Below are positions 38,500-54,000 of a stretch of 64,000 nt of DNA, piece by piece; positions within the stretch are counted from its first letter, which is position 1, and each line of letters opens with the position of its first letter. A model generated the notes under the pieces. That model saw only the letters and a program-made list of their open reading frames with translations, was not told where the DNA came from and did not search any database. A program made the position numbers and the translations under genes. Origin of the DNA: Paragordius varius (taxonomy: Eukaryota; Animalia; Nematomorpha); assembly GCA_964247055.1 (NCBI GenBank), contig OZ176057.1, positions 1,736,001-1,800,000 of the forward strand. The letters are read 5' to 3'.

Positions 38500-41015
38500 T
38501 ATATTAAATTTTTATTAGTTCATGCATGGCACCGTTTCCTTTCAAAATTCCAAAAATGAGCCAAATTGATGAATTATTATCAATTAAAAGCCGTTTTCAA
38601 AGATTATATATCTAAAATTAAAATATAGTAAAATTTTGAAAACATATCATAATTTAAATTATTTCATCCTTAGTCTCAATATATACGGTGCTATTCATAC
38701 ACTATTATACTACTTAATTATTTTTATATTGTTTTATCATTGATTTATTGCAAAAAAAACTCAGGTGCAATTTTGTAGAAAATTATATATATTTATATGT
38801 AAATAAATTATTTATATAATATCAAACTAAATATATAGACAGAAAATAGTTTATTTTCAATAAATATCCCAAGTATTTAGGTTAACGAAATTTTTAATGC
38901 TAAAACATAACTCAAATTTTTAATTATATCAGAGAGTTTTTTTTTCAATTTCTTTAATATGTTATTATTGATAAAACAAAAGTGTGAATAATATCGATTG
39001 ATTTCTTCGCTAATAATACATCTGTTGGAAATAGTTTAAATATTTAATCAATAAAATGTAGACAGACTCACCCAATGAAATTTTTATGTCAATTTTAAAT
39101 ATTTAGAATGAGGGTTATGGGTAGACTATTAAAAATTATAAAATTTCAGTTCATATGACCGATTAAGCTTCATAAATGTTCTCTAGCATAAATACTCTTG
39201 TATCAAAAAAGAAATTTTTTTTATTTTTTTTATGATAATAAAATGTTCAATTTAGATGTTTAAAATTAATAAAAGATTGAATACAAATTTTTTACAACAT
39301 ATTTTTAACCAAATGTTGCGTTTGCTCAAAAAAATTATGCCTTTGCTTGGAAAAAATATTGCCCTTGCTTGAAAAATACTGCGTTTGGATTTAAATATGT
39401 TGCGTTTGTTTGGAAAAAGCTTTGGTTAAAAAAGTGTTGCTTTTGACTGAAGAATGGTATAAGTTAAACCTTTTGTTTGCGAGTAGACACCCTCTTTTTC
39501 ACGTCTTTATGAGCGATTTGGATGACTTTTTTTGCTTAAAAGTTACGCGATCAATTGGTTGGTTATATTTTTCTTTTTAATTTTGCTTTATTAATTGTCT
39601 GGTATTATGTTAAAACGTTAGTCATGCTGTTTTTTAAAATATAATCTCATATTTTAGGAAGTTTTGCTAATTTATAATCAAAGATTTTTTAAAGACTATG
39701 CAGTTGGCAAGAATTATTTAATATATTGTCCTTTTTGTAGTTTTATGTTGGAAATCTCATATATATTACCAATGCAGCCCAACGGGTTTTTTGAGTCAAA
39801 AATCCGGCCTACGAAGTTGAATCTTTTTATGCATATAATAATATTTAAAAAAATAGAATAAAAAATGTAAATACAGTGTGAATAAGTACTACACAATGCT
39901 AGAAAGTTATTAATTATTGCCAAAAAGTTAAAAAAAAGGAAAAATAATTGGCTATAATAGTAAAAAGTGAAAAAAATAACTATAGGCCAATAATACTGCC
40001 CCCTTTGTTGTATATGCTATTTGTGGCAACAATTAATAACTTTCTATACTCATACTGTAATATGAAAGGTTTCTAATTTTATACACAATATTAAATTACA
40101 AAAGCATGTTTATTTATTATACAAGAGTTTCGATGAAAGAGTACGATACTTTTAAATGTATAGCTTACAAATATATAATTATTTTTTTCAGAATTCAAGA
40201 CATATTTTGTTTCACAATGTCACAATAAAAATTATATGTATATAAATTTTTAATTAAATTAATGTGTTAATCAGTCATTACATGTAGAGCCTTGCGTCAG
40301 AATGGTTAAATATTATTTAAAGGGAATCCCATTTGATGGGAATTTTTTTTCGCGCACAAGTTTACTTGCATTTTTCACAAAAAAAGTTGATAAAATATCT
40401 GAATAATATGGTAAGGAACACGACACCATAGAAACTGTCCAAAAATTTTCACAACATAGAAAAAAAAAGCTAAAACGGCCATTTTGCTTCTAGAATACGT
40501 TTATTTTTTCGAATTAATGTTATCCAAATATTTATAGATATTTATATACAAGTATATATGTATATTCGATAATAAGGATAAAAATTTAATTTTGCCTATT
40601 ATTTCTCCTCACTAAATTAAATAATTAATTAACACTTTACCTTTCCACTTTTTTGTCCCAGTTTGCTGTTTAAGGTAGTTTGATATCCCAGAGCTCAATT
40701 ATGTAAATAAGCTACAGTTTTTAAAGTTATTTTACTTAAATAAAAAACTTGTATTTTTTACAGTTTTGTGACTTCTATAGAGTCTAAAATTGGGGCAGAT
40801 CCAAAACACGATTGAAACGAACAGCTGGTATTAAAATCAAACTAGTTTTTGCTGGTAAAATGTAGCCCGAAAGCTTAAAGTTAATTATTTACTTTTTTTC
40901 TAAAACAACAATTTTGAAATAAATATAATTGCGTGTATTAATAAATTTACATTTTTCCATTCTTTAATGATGAGTTAGCTATATCGAAAAAATAAAGGAC
41001 AAAAAATATAATATA

Positions 41016-41375
41016 TACCATTTACAGCTCAAATTCACCCTTAAACAATTCAAATTCACCCTCGAACAATTTAAATTTACCCTTGAACAATTCAAACTCA
41101 CCCTAAAAATAAATTATGTTTTTTGAACTAATTTTGAGAAATATATTTTTATGGCATAGTTTATTATTTTTTCAGTATTATTTAAATATAAAACAAAATT
41201 TTTATTTTTTTAAAATATAAAAAAATATTGGGTAATTTTTAATCTAAAAACATATATTTTATTTGAGGGTGAATTTGAATTGTTTAAGGGTGTATTTGAA
41301 TCGTTCGAGGGTGAATTTGAATTGTTTAAGGGTGAATTTGAAGTGTTCGAGCGTGAATTTGGATTGTAAATGGTA
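41016..41375. mobile_element. Family A foldback MITE (core in the opposite orientation)
   Basis: Same termini and arms; core ggcatagtttattattttttcagtatt. Further copies at ~22245-22470, 42534-42902, ~51300 and 55313-55553. Confidence 0.8.
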
Positions 41376-41824
41376 TATATTTGTCTTTTAGCTTATACAT
41401 TTTATCTGCATAATTTCACACACTGTTTACCAAAGCGACTTGTATGCTAAATATAGTATGTTAATACATAAAAATTACAATCAGCGCGACGCCATTTATT
41501 ACATTAAAAATTGAAATTATACGGAAAAAACGAAACAAACATTTTTTCCTAAAATACAACCATACATTTTAAATCTTGATTATTTTAATTAACTGATTGT
41601 TTTAAACTTCAAATATAGAATTGTGTAAATTGGTAACACAATCAATTAATAATTGTCCGATTGTTATTTAATAATATTAGGATAAATTAAGACTTTAAAA
41701 AGTATGGTTGTCTTTTGAAAAAAATTTTTATGTTTTTTTTGTCCGTATAATTTAATTCTTATTTTAAATCACCAATTGATTTTAAACTGTTAATTTCAAA
41801 TTAAAGATAAAGATAGGTTAAGCA

Positions 41825-42127
41825 CAGGGGTGTCCAAAACAAATGGCTTTGTGGTCCGTATTTTTGATTCAATTGATTTGACCGACCGCAATAAAAAAAT
41901 ATACGGGCATTCATCAATAATTTATTATACTTCAAACATAAGACTGTAAAATGGCAAACACAAATAACAATTCTTTCTAGTTTTTGCCAATTGTATAGAC
42001 TTGAAAATATTTTTAAGAAATATCAAGTTAGCTAAGATTTCGTGAGCATATTTTTGCAATTATAGATTTTGAATTTTCCCAGGCTGCTATATAAAGTTTT
42101 AAAAAGGCCCCGTGTTGGACACCCCTG
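41825..42127. mobile_element. hAT-type MITE
   Basis: CAGGGGTGTCCAA...TTGGACACCCCTG inverted termini; the 8-bp flanks have diverged. Confidence 0.7.
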
Positions 42128-42255
42128 GTCTACAAAATTATTATGCCATTATGACTGTTTTATTGATATCAAGCTTATGTTTTTTAAGTTATCATTTTGT
42201 TTTAAATATATATATATATATATTATATATAATTATTTATTTAATTTCATAAATC

Positions 42256-45018
42256 TTATGTTAAATTGTGCGTTCCATTATTCATTTTGCGACACACGCG
42301 GGCAACATCATTGCTGTAAGCTTCAATCCAAACTTCGTTGTGGCGATCATTGAATTTTAAAGGACTAATGTGAGAAAAATAAAATTTAAAGATTGATTTT
42401 TTTTAAATAATATATCTAATATCATTTAAAATTATTTTCAATTCTATCATGTAAACACATTAAAATTTGATATTAAGGGATACTACAGTCGTGGATTTCA
42501 AATTTAAAAAATATAGCAAATGTATAATATATATACGAATTACACTTCAAATTCACCCTCGAACATTTCAAATTCACCCTTACACAATTCAAATTCACCC
42601 TCGAACAATTCAAAATCACCCTTGAACAATTCAAATTCACCTAAAAACAAATTATGTATTTTCGAACTAATATAACTCATTATTAATATGAAATAGTTTA
42701 TGTTATAGTTTATTATTTTTTCAGTATTATTTTAATTTTAGAACAAAATTTTTATTTTATAAAAATATATAAAAATATTGGTAAATTTTAATCTTAAAAA
42801 ACATTTATTTTATTTGAGGGTGAGTTTGAATTGTTCGAGGGTGAATTTGAATTGTTCAAGGGTGAATTTGAATTGTTTAAGGGTGAAATTTTGTAAATGG
42901 TATATATAAAGTAAAACCTTAGCCTCTAATTTTTAAAAATATTTAAATATTACTATTATTCTATAAATATTCGATACGAGTAACAACTTTCTAATTGGAA
43001 ATTACGAGGTATATTTTAACGAAGTTTGAATCCATGCATTATGTATTTAATAAAAATTGTATGCGCAATATAAATGCAATATATCTCCGAAAATTTGAAT
43101 TTCCAAGGGTACCCCAACCCCTAAAATAAGTATTTTAAAAATAAATTAAAACATAGATTTATTCCGAAAAATATGGGTAGTGTTGTCTCTATGTTAATGG
43201 TTTTTAAAATAACCAGCAATTTACAGAGCTTTAGATTATAGTGAAGTACTTACGTTCAAAAAAGCTTCAATATTTCAAAAATTAAGCGTTAAACTTTATT
43301 AGTCGATTAAGGAATAAACCCTAAAAGTTTGTGCAAAAATATTTTTATAAAGGAATGTGAACATATTAATTTAAATGATCATAAACAGTTCATTTCTAAT
43401 TATTAACTCTTTAGTTTGTATTTATAAACATATAAATAGCCTGTTCGCTACCTGATAAAAACATAAAAAAATATGGTGAAAATGTGAAAAAAACAATTTA
43501 ATATAAATAATTTATTAAAAAATAAGTTTTTTGATAATTTCATGCACTCAAAGTATCATATGTATTTTTACTTAGCATTTTAAAACTTTTCTAAACCAAA
43601 CTGATATTTTGGTCGAATATTATGAACCTTACTATTAAAATATTTTAGAGCAGTAAAATACAGAATTGCATCGTATTTATTCCATGCGCTTACAACTTTG
43701 TTGGTTCTTAAACATCTCAAATTGGACCTTGAACACTTCAAATTGGTCCTTAAACACTTCAAGTTGGTCCTTGAACGTTTCAAGTTGGTCCTTAGAATTT
43801 GTTTTATTTTATAATTTTTACAGAAATAAAAAACTTGTTTTTTAACCAAAAATATTAATTTTAAACGAATAAATAAATTATAAGGAAATTAGGTTAAAAA
43901 TATATAAAATAAATAAATAGATGCAAAATTTATGGTTAAATATAAACTAAAAAAATTTTAAGGACCAACTTGAAATGTTCAAGAACACTCTTTAAGTGCA
44001 AATGGTATACTACTGTATATATTTTTTTATTGTATAATAACATTACCTATCATACATGGCAACGAAGTATTCTTTAGAAGATATAACTACGCCTTTGTCT
44101 CCAAGGGCTTGTAAAAGACGTTCATACTTGTTTATATTGTGATAGACTGACCACATATAACCCGTATAAATGTACACGAAATAAGTTTTTTCAGGGACTT
44201 TCAAAATTTTTACCTATATATAGAGTAAATATTGAAATTATACGGAGAAAACAAATAATTAAAGATAAATATTAAGACCGCTTTTTAAACATAATTCTTC
44301 CCAATAAAACTTATTGGCTATAATAGCAATGTTTATTGCTAACACAATCAATTATGTGCATAACAATTTTTATTAAATTATTTATAAGAATATTGAAGGG
44401 TAAAAAGTGTGATTTATTTATAAAATAGTTCCCTTTATACGTTTTGTCTGTATAATTTAAATTATTTTCAACATGTATATTACACTATGAGTAAGCATAG
44501 CCAATAATCAATCCTCTTTTTTATATGTTATCTAACACAATATTCAATGAAAAACTAGGAATGTATATTTATTACAATAACTGATACATCATTTTTCAAT
44601 CAAATCAACATTTTTTAAGCAAACGCACCATTTCAGTTGTCTCTGGTTGATAAAATGTTGCTTTTGATTGAAAAATGGTATATATATAGACGATTCCAAT
44701 CTAGTCGTATATGCCTGGTCAAAATTGTGATTGGGAAATCATTATTAGTATGAAAAAATATATTTTATAATGTAACTAAATAAAAATAGGTATAATCCAA
44801 GGGTCTTTCAATTAATTTTCTATTTATTCGATTATCATTATAATACGGATTCAACTCTTAATACTTAAATAGAGTTTTTAATTAATAAGCTAATTTATTT
44901 CACTTTAAAATAGTGTTTTAAACATTTATGATATTTAAAGCACGTCATAAACATATGTGTTCAAAATTATTTATCCAAGTTCATTTTTGTAGGTGGGTCG
45001 TCACAGTTATATAGTTAC

Positions 45019-45085
<67 letters not shown>

Positions 45086-48000
45086 TTATTCAAATTAAAT
45101 TACATTCTTATTCTTGGGTTCAGGGGGCCCCATTAAATCCGGCGAAAGAAAAGTGTTTTGGATATAAAATTGGATTCTGTACGTTTTAAGCATCATTAAA
45201 CGTAACATCATCCTGACCATTTTATCTTGGCAAGCTGGTGCTGTTTCTTTTATTTCTCTCAACACTATAGGGACGCTGAGTGGAATGGTTAAATCTTGTA
45301 TGTATATATATAAATGTAAAAACGAAATTTTACTGTATAATTTGTATTTGCAGCAATTAGAGTATGATGTACCTTAATGTTGGTCAATTCACATTATTGA
45401 ACGTATATGTAAATAACAACAAATGGTTGAAATTAAAATTATTTCCCCATCTTGCAACGTTAAATTCGGTTTGGTTATTATGAACAAAATTTATTCAATA
45501 TCAGTTACTGTCGATTTCCTAATTATAATGTGAACTGACTAACATTAATGTGCATACTGTAGAAGTCATCAACACGCGATATACTTTAAGAATGTCCAAA
45601 TTTTGAGGATCACATAATTAGCGAGGGTAACTTTTTTACATATAAATGCACTAATAATTTGAATGAATCTCTAATAATATATATTTTTTACGTATTTGCC
45701 TAAATGTTCATGTCGATATTTTACTTTATCCTATGATTATTTATTTTCATGTTAGAACAGATGATCGGCTACAGGCGCGGAGAAGAACTTGGTATGTTCA
45801 CTCCCGAGATGCGCGTACCTTTTGATTTTATAAGAAATCTTGTTCACATTTGGTGATAAACGGAATTTATCTCATTATCTTCATAAATTTATTATCACTT
45901 TTATTATCCGGAAGAAATTATATCACTCAGAATTATAATCTCACACGAATTATTTCTACAGAACATACAACTCCAAAATTTTCATCGACAATTTCATTCC
46001 CTAAAAACCATTCTTAAACATCAGTGGACATATCATACTGATTCTTTCTATTTATTCCTTTATCTCAATACATCACCGCTAAACTAAATTCCTACATGGA
46101 AAGCCATAATTCTAAAATAAGCTCCCGTAACTTAGAAATAAATATGGCCACCTGGAATACCCGTGGTACTTCAAATAACAAATTGGATAATTGGATATAA
46201 TAATTCGCGAATGAAACGTTTAAACATCCATGTGTTAGGGCTGTCGGAGACTCATATGCAACATAACTCACACAAAATATACGACAATTACTCGTTTTAT
46301 AACTCTGGCGGGGAACTCAAACGAAATGGATGCGGTTTCTTAATATCGAATAGTCTTGCCAAACATACTGATATATATAGACCTATCTCCGATCGTATTA
46401 TATCCCTACGAATCAACACCAGACCCCAGGCTATAACAATATATCAAATCTATGCCCCTACGAGTGTTTCACCCGAAGACGAATGTGAAAAGTTCTATAA
46501 TGAATTACAAATGGCTCTTTGTGAAACATCCAAGAAAGACATAACATTCATCATCGGCGATTTTAACGCTATCATAGCTAACGATAAAACAGACAAGGTC
46601 ACCGGTGGAAAAGGTCTTGGTAAAGTGAAAAACCCCCGTGGTGAAAGGCTAATTGATTTTTGCCAACAAAACAATCTCTTTATAGCGAACTCGTTTTTCA
46701 AACAACCTAAGAGACGGCTCTACACCTGGACCTCACCGTGTCGTAAACACAGGAATCAAATAGATTACATATTGGGAATGCGAAAATACAAAAGCTCATT
46801 TCAAAACATCCGGTGCTACTCGAGTGCAGACTGCAACTCAGATCATAACCTATTAATGGCCAAGATCAAAATAAAGCTACAACTTCCTCAGCCGCAAAAA
46901 AACTTTTCCAAAACTAAATTGAACTACAAACTTATACCTGCCGATTTTACTCCAATCCTTAACAATAAATTTGAATCCCTAAAATACGAAACATTGAACA
47001 CAAATGATCTTTGGTCTACTATTCACAAAATTACCATCGAAACAGCTAAAGAATATATACCGCCTGACACAACAAAAATAAAAAATTCACCATATCACAA
47101 CAAAGCATCGACCTAATTGAACAGAGAAGAGTAGCAAAATCCAAGGGCACTCCCCTTGAGTACAAAAATATTAATAATGAACTACAAAAAAGCATAAGAT
47201 TTGACAAAGAATCTCATTATAATACAATCTGCGGTAACCTCGAGCAAGCTGCTAAATTTAATCACAACTATTTCTCTTATATTAAAGACATTCAACCGCG
47301 CAAAAAACAAATATACAAAGGTCCTATGTCTCATTCAAACGGAAAACTTCTAACCGATAAAAAAGGAGTAATTAAACTCTGGGAAGAATACATCCAAAAT
47401 TCTATTCTCAAAACAATCATAACTGCCATAAACTCTGAACAAACTTATGACCCTCCTATACTAAAAGAAGAAATTGAATGGGCCCTGAAGCATTCATCAA
47501 CCGGCAAAGCAGAAGGATTCAATGATATCCCTACCGAGTTACAAAGGCACATTACCATAAAATTAATTCTTTCGTTATTTTAAAAAATTTTCAATGAGGC
47601 GACATTCCCGACGGACTGGAACAAATCACTAGTGGTCCCTATATTCAAAAAGGGCGATCCTAAACTATGTGAAAATTACCGTACAATAGCATTGATCAAT
47701 CAAACCTCAAAAGTTTTCTTAAAAATAATACAAAACCGTCTACAAACATATGTCAAACCGGAAATATCAATGACACAGGCAGGCTTTAGAGAAAAAAGAG
47801 GATGCCGAGACATGATCTCAAACCTTAGATGGATAATGGAAAAAAACTTTTTATGAGCTACACCTATGTTTCGTGGATTTTTCTAAAGCCTTTGATACCG
47901 TTCAACATGACATTCTCTGGAAGGCCCTTAAACAAATATGAGTTTCCGATCACTTAATCAAACTAATTAAATCCATATACTCCAACTCCCTATCACTTAA

Positions 48001-51000
48001 CACCCCGCATGGCCCCTCTTGGAGCCCAATGAACATAGGTCTGCGTCAAGGCTGCATTTTATCCCCCATGTTGTTCAACATATATTTGGAATGTATTATG
48101 AGGGATCTAAATCTGCCAGGAATAAAAGTAGGGGGTCACACTCTGACGACTCTCCACTACGCAGACGACACCGTTATCTTAGCAAATTCACAAACAAACC
48201 TCGAAAACAGTCTCCGAACTTTTATAAATGTGTGCAAAAAATACAATCTTACATTAAACCTCAACAAAACTAAAATTTTACATATCAACTCCCCTCATTC
48301 CTGTGACTCGCTTCGGATTAATGGCGAAACAATTCAAGTAGTCAACGAATACACATACCTTGGAAGCATTATCAACAACCTAAGCTCCAGTTCCCAAGAA
48401 ATAAGAAGACGCATAGCTATCGCCAAATGCGCTCTATCCTCACACTACAAGTTATGGAAATCTCATGACATAACCCTTAACACAAAAATCCGACTAGTAA
48501 ATGCATTAATCTTTCCTATCATGTTATACGGGTGTGAAAGCTGGACTATCAAAAGTGAAGACGAAAAAAGAATAAACGCGTTTGAAATGTTTTGCTGGAG
48601 AAAGATACTTGGTATAACATGGAAGGACAAAATAAAGAATATCGATATTGTAAATAAAATTAACGCACAAACAACGCTTCGGGGTAAAATAATAAAACAA
48701 ACATTTGGTTACTTTGGACACATTATTCGGGGCAATTCTTTGGAAAAGGAGACGAAATCTTATCACTTTCCAAATTGTCACTGCAAAAACTATCTCAAAA
48801 AGCTCACGACAGAACCGAATGGAGGAAGTTTTCCTACAAAATCGCTAATGGTCGATAACCGAATACAAGCAACAACATGTTAGAACATTAATAAATAGTA
48901 TATTAATATTTCTTAAAAATTAGTATATGCCATTTGTACTTGAAGAGTACACTTCAAGTTGTTTGAACATTCAAGTTGGTTGAACTATTCAAGTTCGTCC
49001 TTGAATAATTCAACTTGGTCATTCAACACTTCAAGTTGGTTTTAAAACTTGTTAAATTTAGATTTAAAATTATTTTTGCATGTGTTAATTTATATTATTC
49101 TTTTACCTAATTTATTATATATTTATTCATTTAAAATTAATATTTTCATTTAAACTATTTTTGCTACGAAGTAATTTTTTCCTATTTAAAAATATTTTTA
49201 TATCAAAAATTGTTAACAAAAAGTCTAATTATAACCCAAGAAACCAAAATATTTTTGAATTAAACTAAACTTAAAATATTTTTAATCTATATATTTATAA
49301 AAATGGAAAATGCTGGCATTGTGATCTGGTACAGGAAAAACGGTAGACCCATTCAAATCCAAACTTCGAAAAAATATAATCATTAATGAATGCCCCGACA
49401 ATAGCTTCGCCCTTTTTTTGAAATAGACCCCCAGTTCGGGCCCACCCCGTGTGAAAAACGGGTTTTTTTTGAAAACACTAGTCCACAGTGTCTTTGAGAC
49501 AATTTTCTGGAGAACGTGTTGGACCATTCAATTTCAAATATGATTTTTGTTTACTTATTTTCGATTGCGCCGAACATAGTCGAGTCACTTTTTTGATTTA
49601 GGCCCTCTTTTTACCCGCTACCCCCGTAAAATGCCATTTTTTCAAAAAACAAAGTCCACAAAAATAATTCTTAGATTGTATTTTTCGCCCTAGGTATGAG
49701 ACTGTAAAAATTCAATATGGATGCCACGTATTCCCTGTTAAAAGGGAAAAATTTTAGTCAAGTGTTTCTTTGATGATAGCTGCTGGGTAAGGAGCTACCC
49801 GCTAAAAACTGATTTCTCATGAAACTTTGTGATCTGTTTCCGGAAAACCGGTGAACCCATTCAGATCCAAACATCGAAAAAATTTAATCATTAATGAATG
49901 CGCCGACAATATGGGTAAGGAGCTACCCGCTAAAAACTGATTCCTCATGTAACTTTGTGATCTGCTACCGAAAAACCGGTAGACCCATTCAAATCCAAAT
50001 TTCGAACCCCCCCCCCCCCCCCCCCCCAGAAGTCCGAAGGACTTCCTCGGGCTGCGTAGCAGCACGAGATTTTCGCTAGTATATTAATAAAGTTATACGG
50101 TGACTATAGGATTAATGATACCTATCTAAAAGCGTAGGTTAAATAAAGAGATTAGGCTAAAAATAATTAAATAGATGAAGGATACCTGGTTTAATTGATA
50201 TAATACAAAGACAAAATAAAATAATTGAAGGACCAACTTGAAGTTTTTAAGTCAATTGATATATTTAAGGACAAACTCATAAAATTTAAGGACACTATTG
50301 TAGTGCAAATGGTATATAATAAAAGTAAAAATTGAAATTACGCACTCAACTTAAATGCTAAAAAAGCAATTTTTTAAAACAGCCATTCTCTTTATTAAAC
50401 TTCCTACACTAAATATATAAATATAATTTATATAATTGAGTATATTATCAATTTACATTAATCTCCACATTTTGTAACCCAATAACGATAGATTTAAAAT
50501 ATATAGTATCTTTTAAAAGGAAGGTTAAAACATTTGTTTTAAAATTTAAAATATATGGTATCTTTTAAAAGGAAGGTTAAAACATTTGTTTTAAATTTTT
50601 ACATTTTGTCTGTTATCATGTCAATTTTACTGTCTATATATGATACTTTGATTGTTATGTCCTGAGATGTATCGGAATAAGCGCTTGATTCCCGTGTTGA
50701 TAGCTTTAAGTTTGCTAAGTGATGTTACATCGGTATAAACCCATACAGAAGCTTCGTAGAGTCTTACTTCGAAAACCTTGTCTTCGCACATAAGGATGTA
50801 AGTGGGACAATCATATATATCGCAAAATAAGGGTCTATCGCTATATATATATATTGAGGCCTTAAAATCGAAACAAATGAAAGTCATATTTTGGGCAAAT
50901 AAGTAATCTGGTTAACATGAATTTAAATTTAGAAAAACACGAAAAAAAAACTTTAAATAATCGGAGTTTAAAAGTGAAATCTTCCGTAAAAAATTATGGT

Positions 51001-54000
51001 TTCATTATCCGACCAGATTTCAGTCTAAAGAGTTAAAAAGAACCGGGACTGGTTTAACTTTCTTGAACCTCTCTGTTCTATTTTCATTCATAATTAAACG
51101 GTTAATGTTTATATATGAAAATCACCGCTTTATGGTTACAAATTCCAAATAGTATCCTATATGTTTTAATAATGTAAAAAAGCATTTTCAAATTATAAAT
51201 TCAAACAGTAAATACTATATAATTTACTAATTAAATATGGCTAATAAATGATGATTTACATTTTAGAAAAACAAAATGGAAATATATATATATCTATACA
51301 GTTTAAAATGCACCCTAAAATAATTACGGTGTAATATAACTCATCATTAATAAAATATATCTTTATGGCATAGTTTATTATTTTTTCAGAATTTCATTTT
51401 ATACAAAATTTCATTTTTAAAATATAAAAAAAATAGAAGTAATTTTTAATCTTAACACTTGGATACAACACATTCATTTGTGTTCTTCGATTCAAATTGC
51501 CCCAGGCCTGTTTTAAATTTAATAATCAAAAAATATGGGATGAATTAAAACCATGGTAAAAATTTGAAATTTTAATAAACCGATTTATAAAAAAAGTATC
51601 AATCAAATATACTTGATATTAGTTATTTTAAGGTAAAACCTCAAGTTAAAAATTAATCAGCATGACATATGAGCATTAGCAAATATTAATAATACAAAAT
51701 AAACCACTTTTTCTGATTCTATCAATGTTAGATGTGATTCAAATAAAATTAATTTTAATTTAGCTTTAAAATTAAAGACGATATGTCAAAGATTTTATAA
51801 AATAAAAATGGCGTCGAACAGTTTGATATGATTTTTTTTCAAAACTAAACTTTATTTAGATATTTTGGCTTTATATAATATTTATTAGGATAGAAGCAGA
51901 AATTTAAATTGCGACCGTTTCTTTCAGTTTACATCGAAGTGTTAAAAACACTAAATTTCAAGGTAAATTTGTAATTGTTCAGGGTGAATTTTAAGATAAA
52001 TGATATTATAAATATTTTGGGTACTCCGTTTCCCAATCTTTTGGAGGTGCAAGAGAGTATTGCCTTAAATATAATACGCCATATAAAGGTCATACCGGTT
52101 TAAATTTATTTACCATATAGATCAGGGCTTCTTAAACTATGGGTAGCGACCCCATTTGGGGTCGCGAGTGATAAAATTTAAATTAACAAAAAATGACTAT
52201 TAACTTGTAAAATCTATATATTTATAAAAATAGAAAATGCTGCTTTGTTATCTGTTTTCAGAAAGCCGGTAGACCCATTCGTATCCAAATGTTATAAATA
52301 TATTTATTAAATGACCCGACAATAGCTTCGCCCTTTTTTGAATTGGGTTCCCAGTTCGGGCCCATCCGGTGTAAAAAACGGGTTTTTGAAAACAGAGGTC
52401 CACAAATCGTGTCTGAGACAATTCCTAAATACGTTGGACGATTCCATTTCAAATATATTTCTTTTTTACTTATTTTCAATTACGACGAACATAATCGGCT
52501 CGCTTTTTTAATTTAGGCCCGCTTACCCGCCCCCCGTAAAATGCCACTTTTTCAAAAAAAATAAGTCCACAAAAATAATTTTTTGAACCTATTTTTCCCC
52601 CAAGGTATTGGACCCTAAAAATTAAATAGGGATTCCAGGTATTCCCTGTTAAAAGGCAAATATTTGAGTCGAGCGTATTTTTTATATTGGCTGCTGGGTA
52701 AGGAGATACTCGCTAAAAAGTGCCCCGTCATATGGAAATAGCTTGCCTTTGGGGTTAATTTCAGAAAACCTCTCAGGCCATATGAGTACAATAGGTCTTA
52801 AAATATTACCCGTAACAAGGTAAAAATTTAGGTCGCGCGGTTTTTTAGAATTAGCCGTTAATAAGGCCTTTCACGCCCTGAAAATGCGCCACCATAGAAT
52901 TATTTTTTAGTTTCGCGGCAATTTTTTTAAAAACTAATGAAAGCATATGGAATCAATAACCAGATATTCTCTGTAAAAAGGCAAAAATTTCAATCAAGCG
53001 CTTTTTTCGATCAGCCTCTGGGTAGTGAGCTACCCGCCTAAAACTGCGCCACCCATATCGAAATTGTGTTGTTTAAAAGTTAATTTTCAAAAAACTTAAC
53101 AGCCATATAAGTTTAATAAGGGTCTAAAATATAACCGTACAAAATTTAAGTCAAGCGGTTTTTTAAATAGCCTTTAATTAGGCCCTTTGGCCCTTAAAAA
53201 ATGCGCTATTGAACTGTTATTTAGTTTTGAAGACATTCTTCCAAAAACTACTAACATATTGATTCAATTATCAGATATTTACCTAAAAATTTTTGAACGT
53301 CTCTTATATTGGCTTCTGAGTAGGGGGTTACCGGCCTACAACGGCATCACCATATTGATACAGAGGGACTATGGAGGCAAATTTTAGAAAACCTATCAGG
53401 CCATATGAGTTTAATAAGGGCTTGAAATATTACACGTAAAAAGGCAAAAATTTGAGTAGAGAGGTGTTATTTAATTACCTCCTAATTAGGCCCTTGCCCT
53501 GAAAATTGCGCCACCATAGAATGTCTTTTTGGTTTTGGGGCACCACGAGAGCATATGGAATCAATCATGACACCAGGTTTTACCCGAATTGCAAATAATA
53601 TAATCAAGCATTTTTTTGCTTCGCTCCTGGTTAGAGGCTACCCGCGTAAAACTGCGTCATTATCTCGATACAGCATGCCTTTGGAGCCAAATTTCAGAAA
53701 CCTATGAGTCTAATAGGAACATATGCATGGAAAAATTTTAACCAGCGCTTTTTTATACCTGCCCTGGGTTAGCTACCCACCGAAAAGTGCCCCACTATTT
53801 AGAATTCGCTTTGTTTTGGAGCTAATTTACAGAAAATTTATGAAGCCATATGAGCTCATTAAAAGCTTGAAATATTATCTGTAACTAGGTAAAAAATCAG
53901 GCGTTTTTTTATTAGCCGTTAATTTGGGGCCTTTATGCTCCTAAAAATACGATCATATAACGATAATTTAGTGTTGAGGTATTTTTTCGAATAACCCATG

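Noticed and set aside
38171-42902. Regular 22-bp repeats resembling a CRISPR array
   Set aside because: The repeats are directly adjacent with no unique spacers, are mirrored as inverted arms, have no cas genes nearby and sit in a eukaryotic context; they are MITE subterminal repeats.
43580-43849. ORF with a heptad-like LKCLRTN repeat
   Set aside because: It is the translation of the 21-bp family B arm repeats, not a coiled-coil protein.
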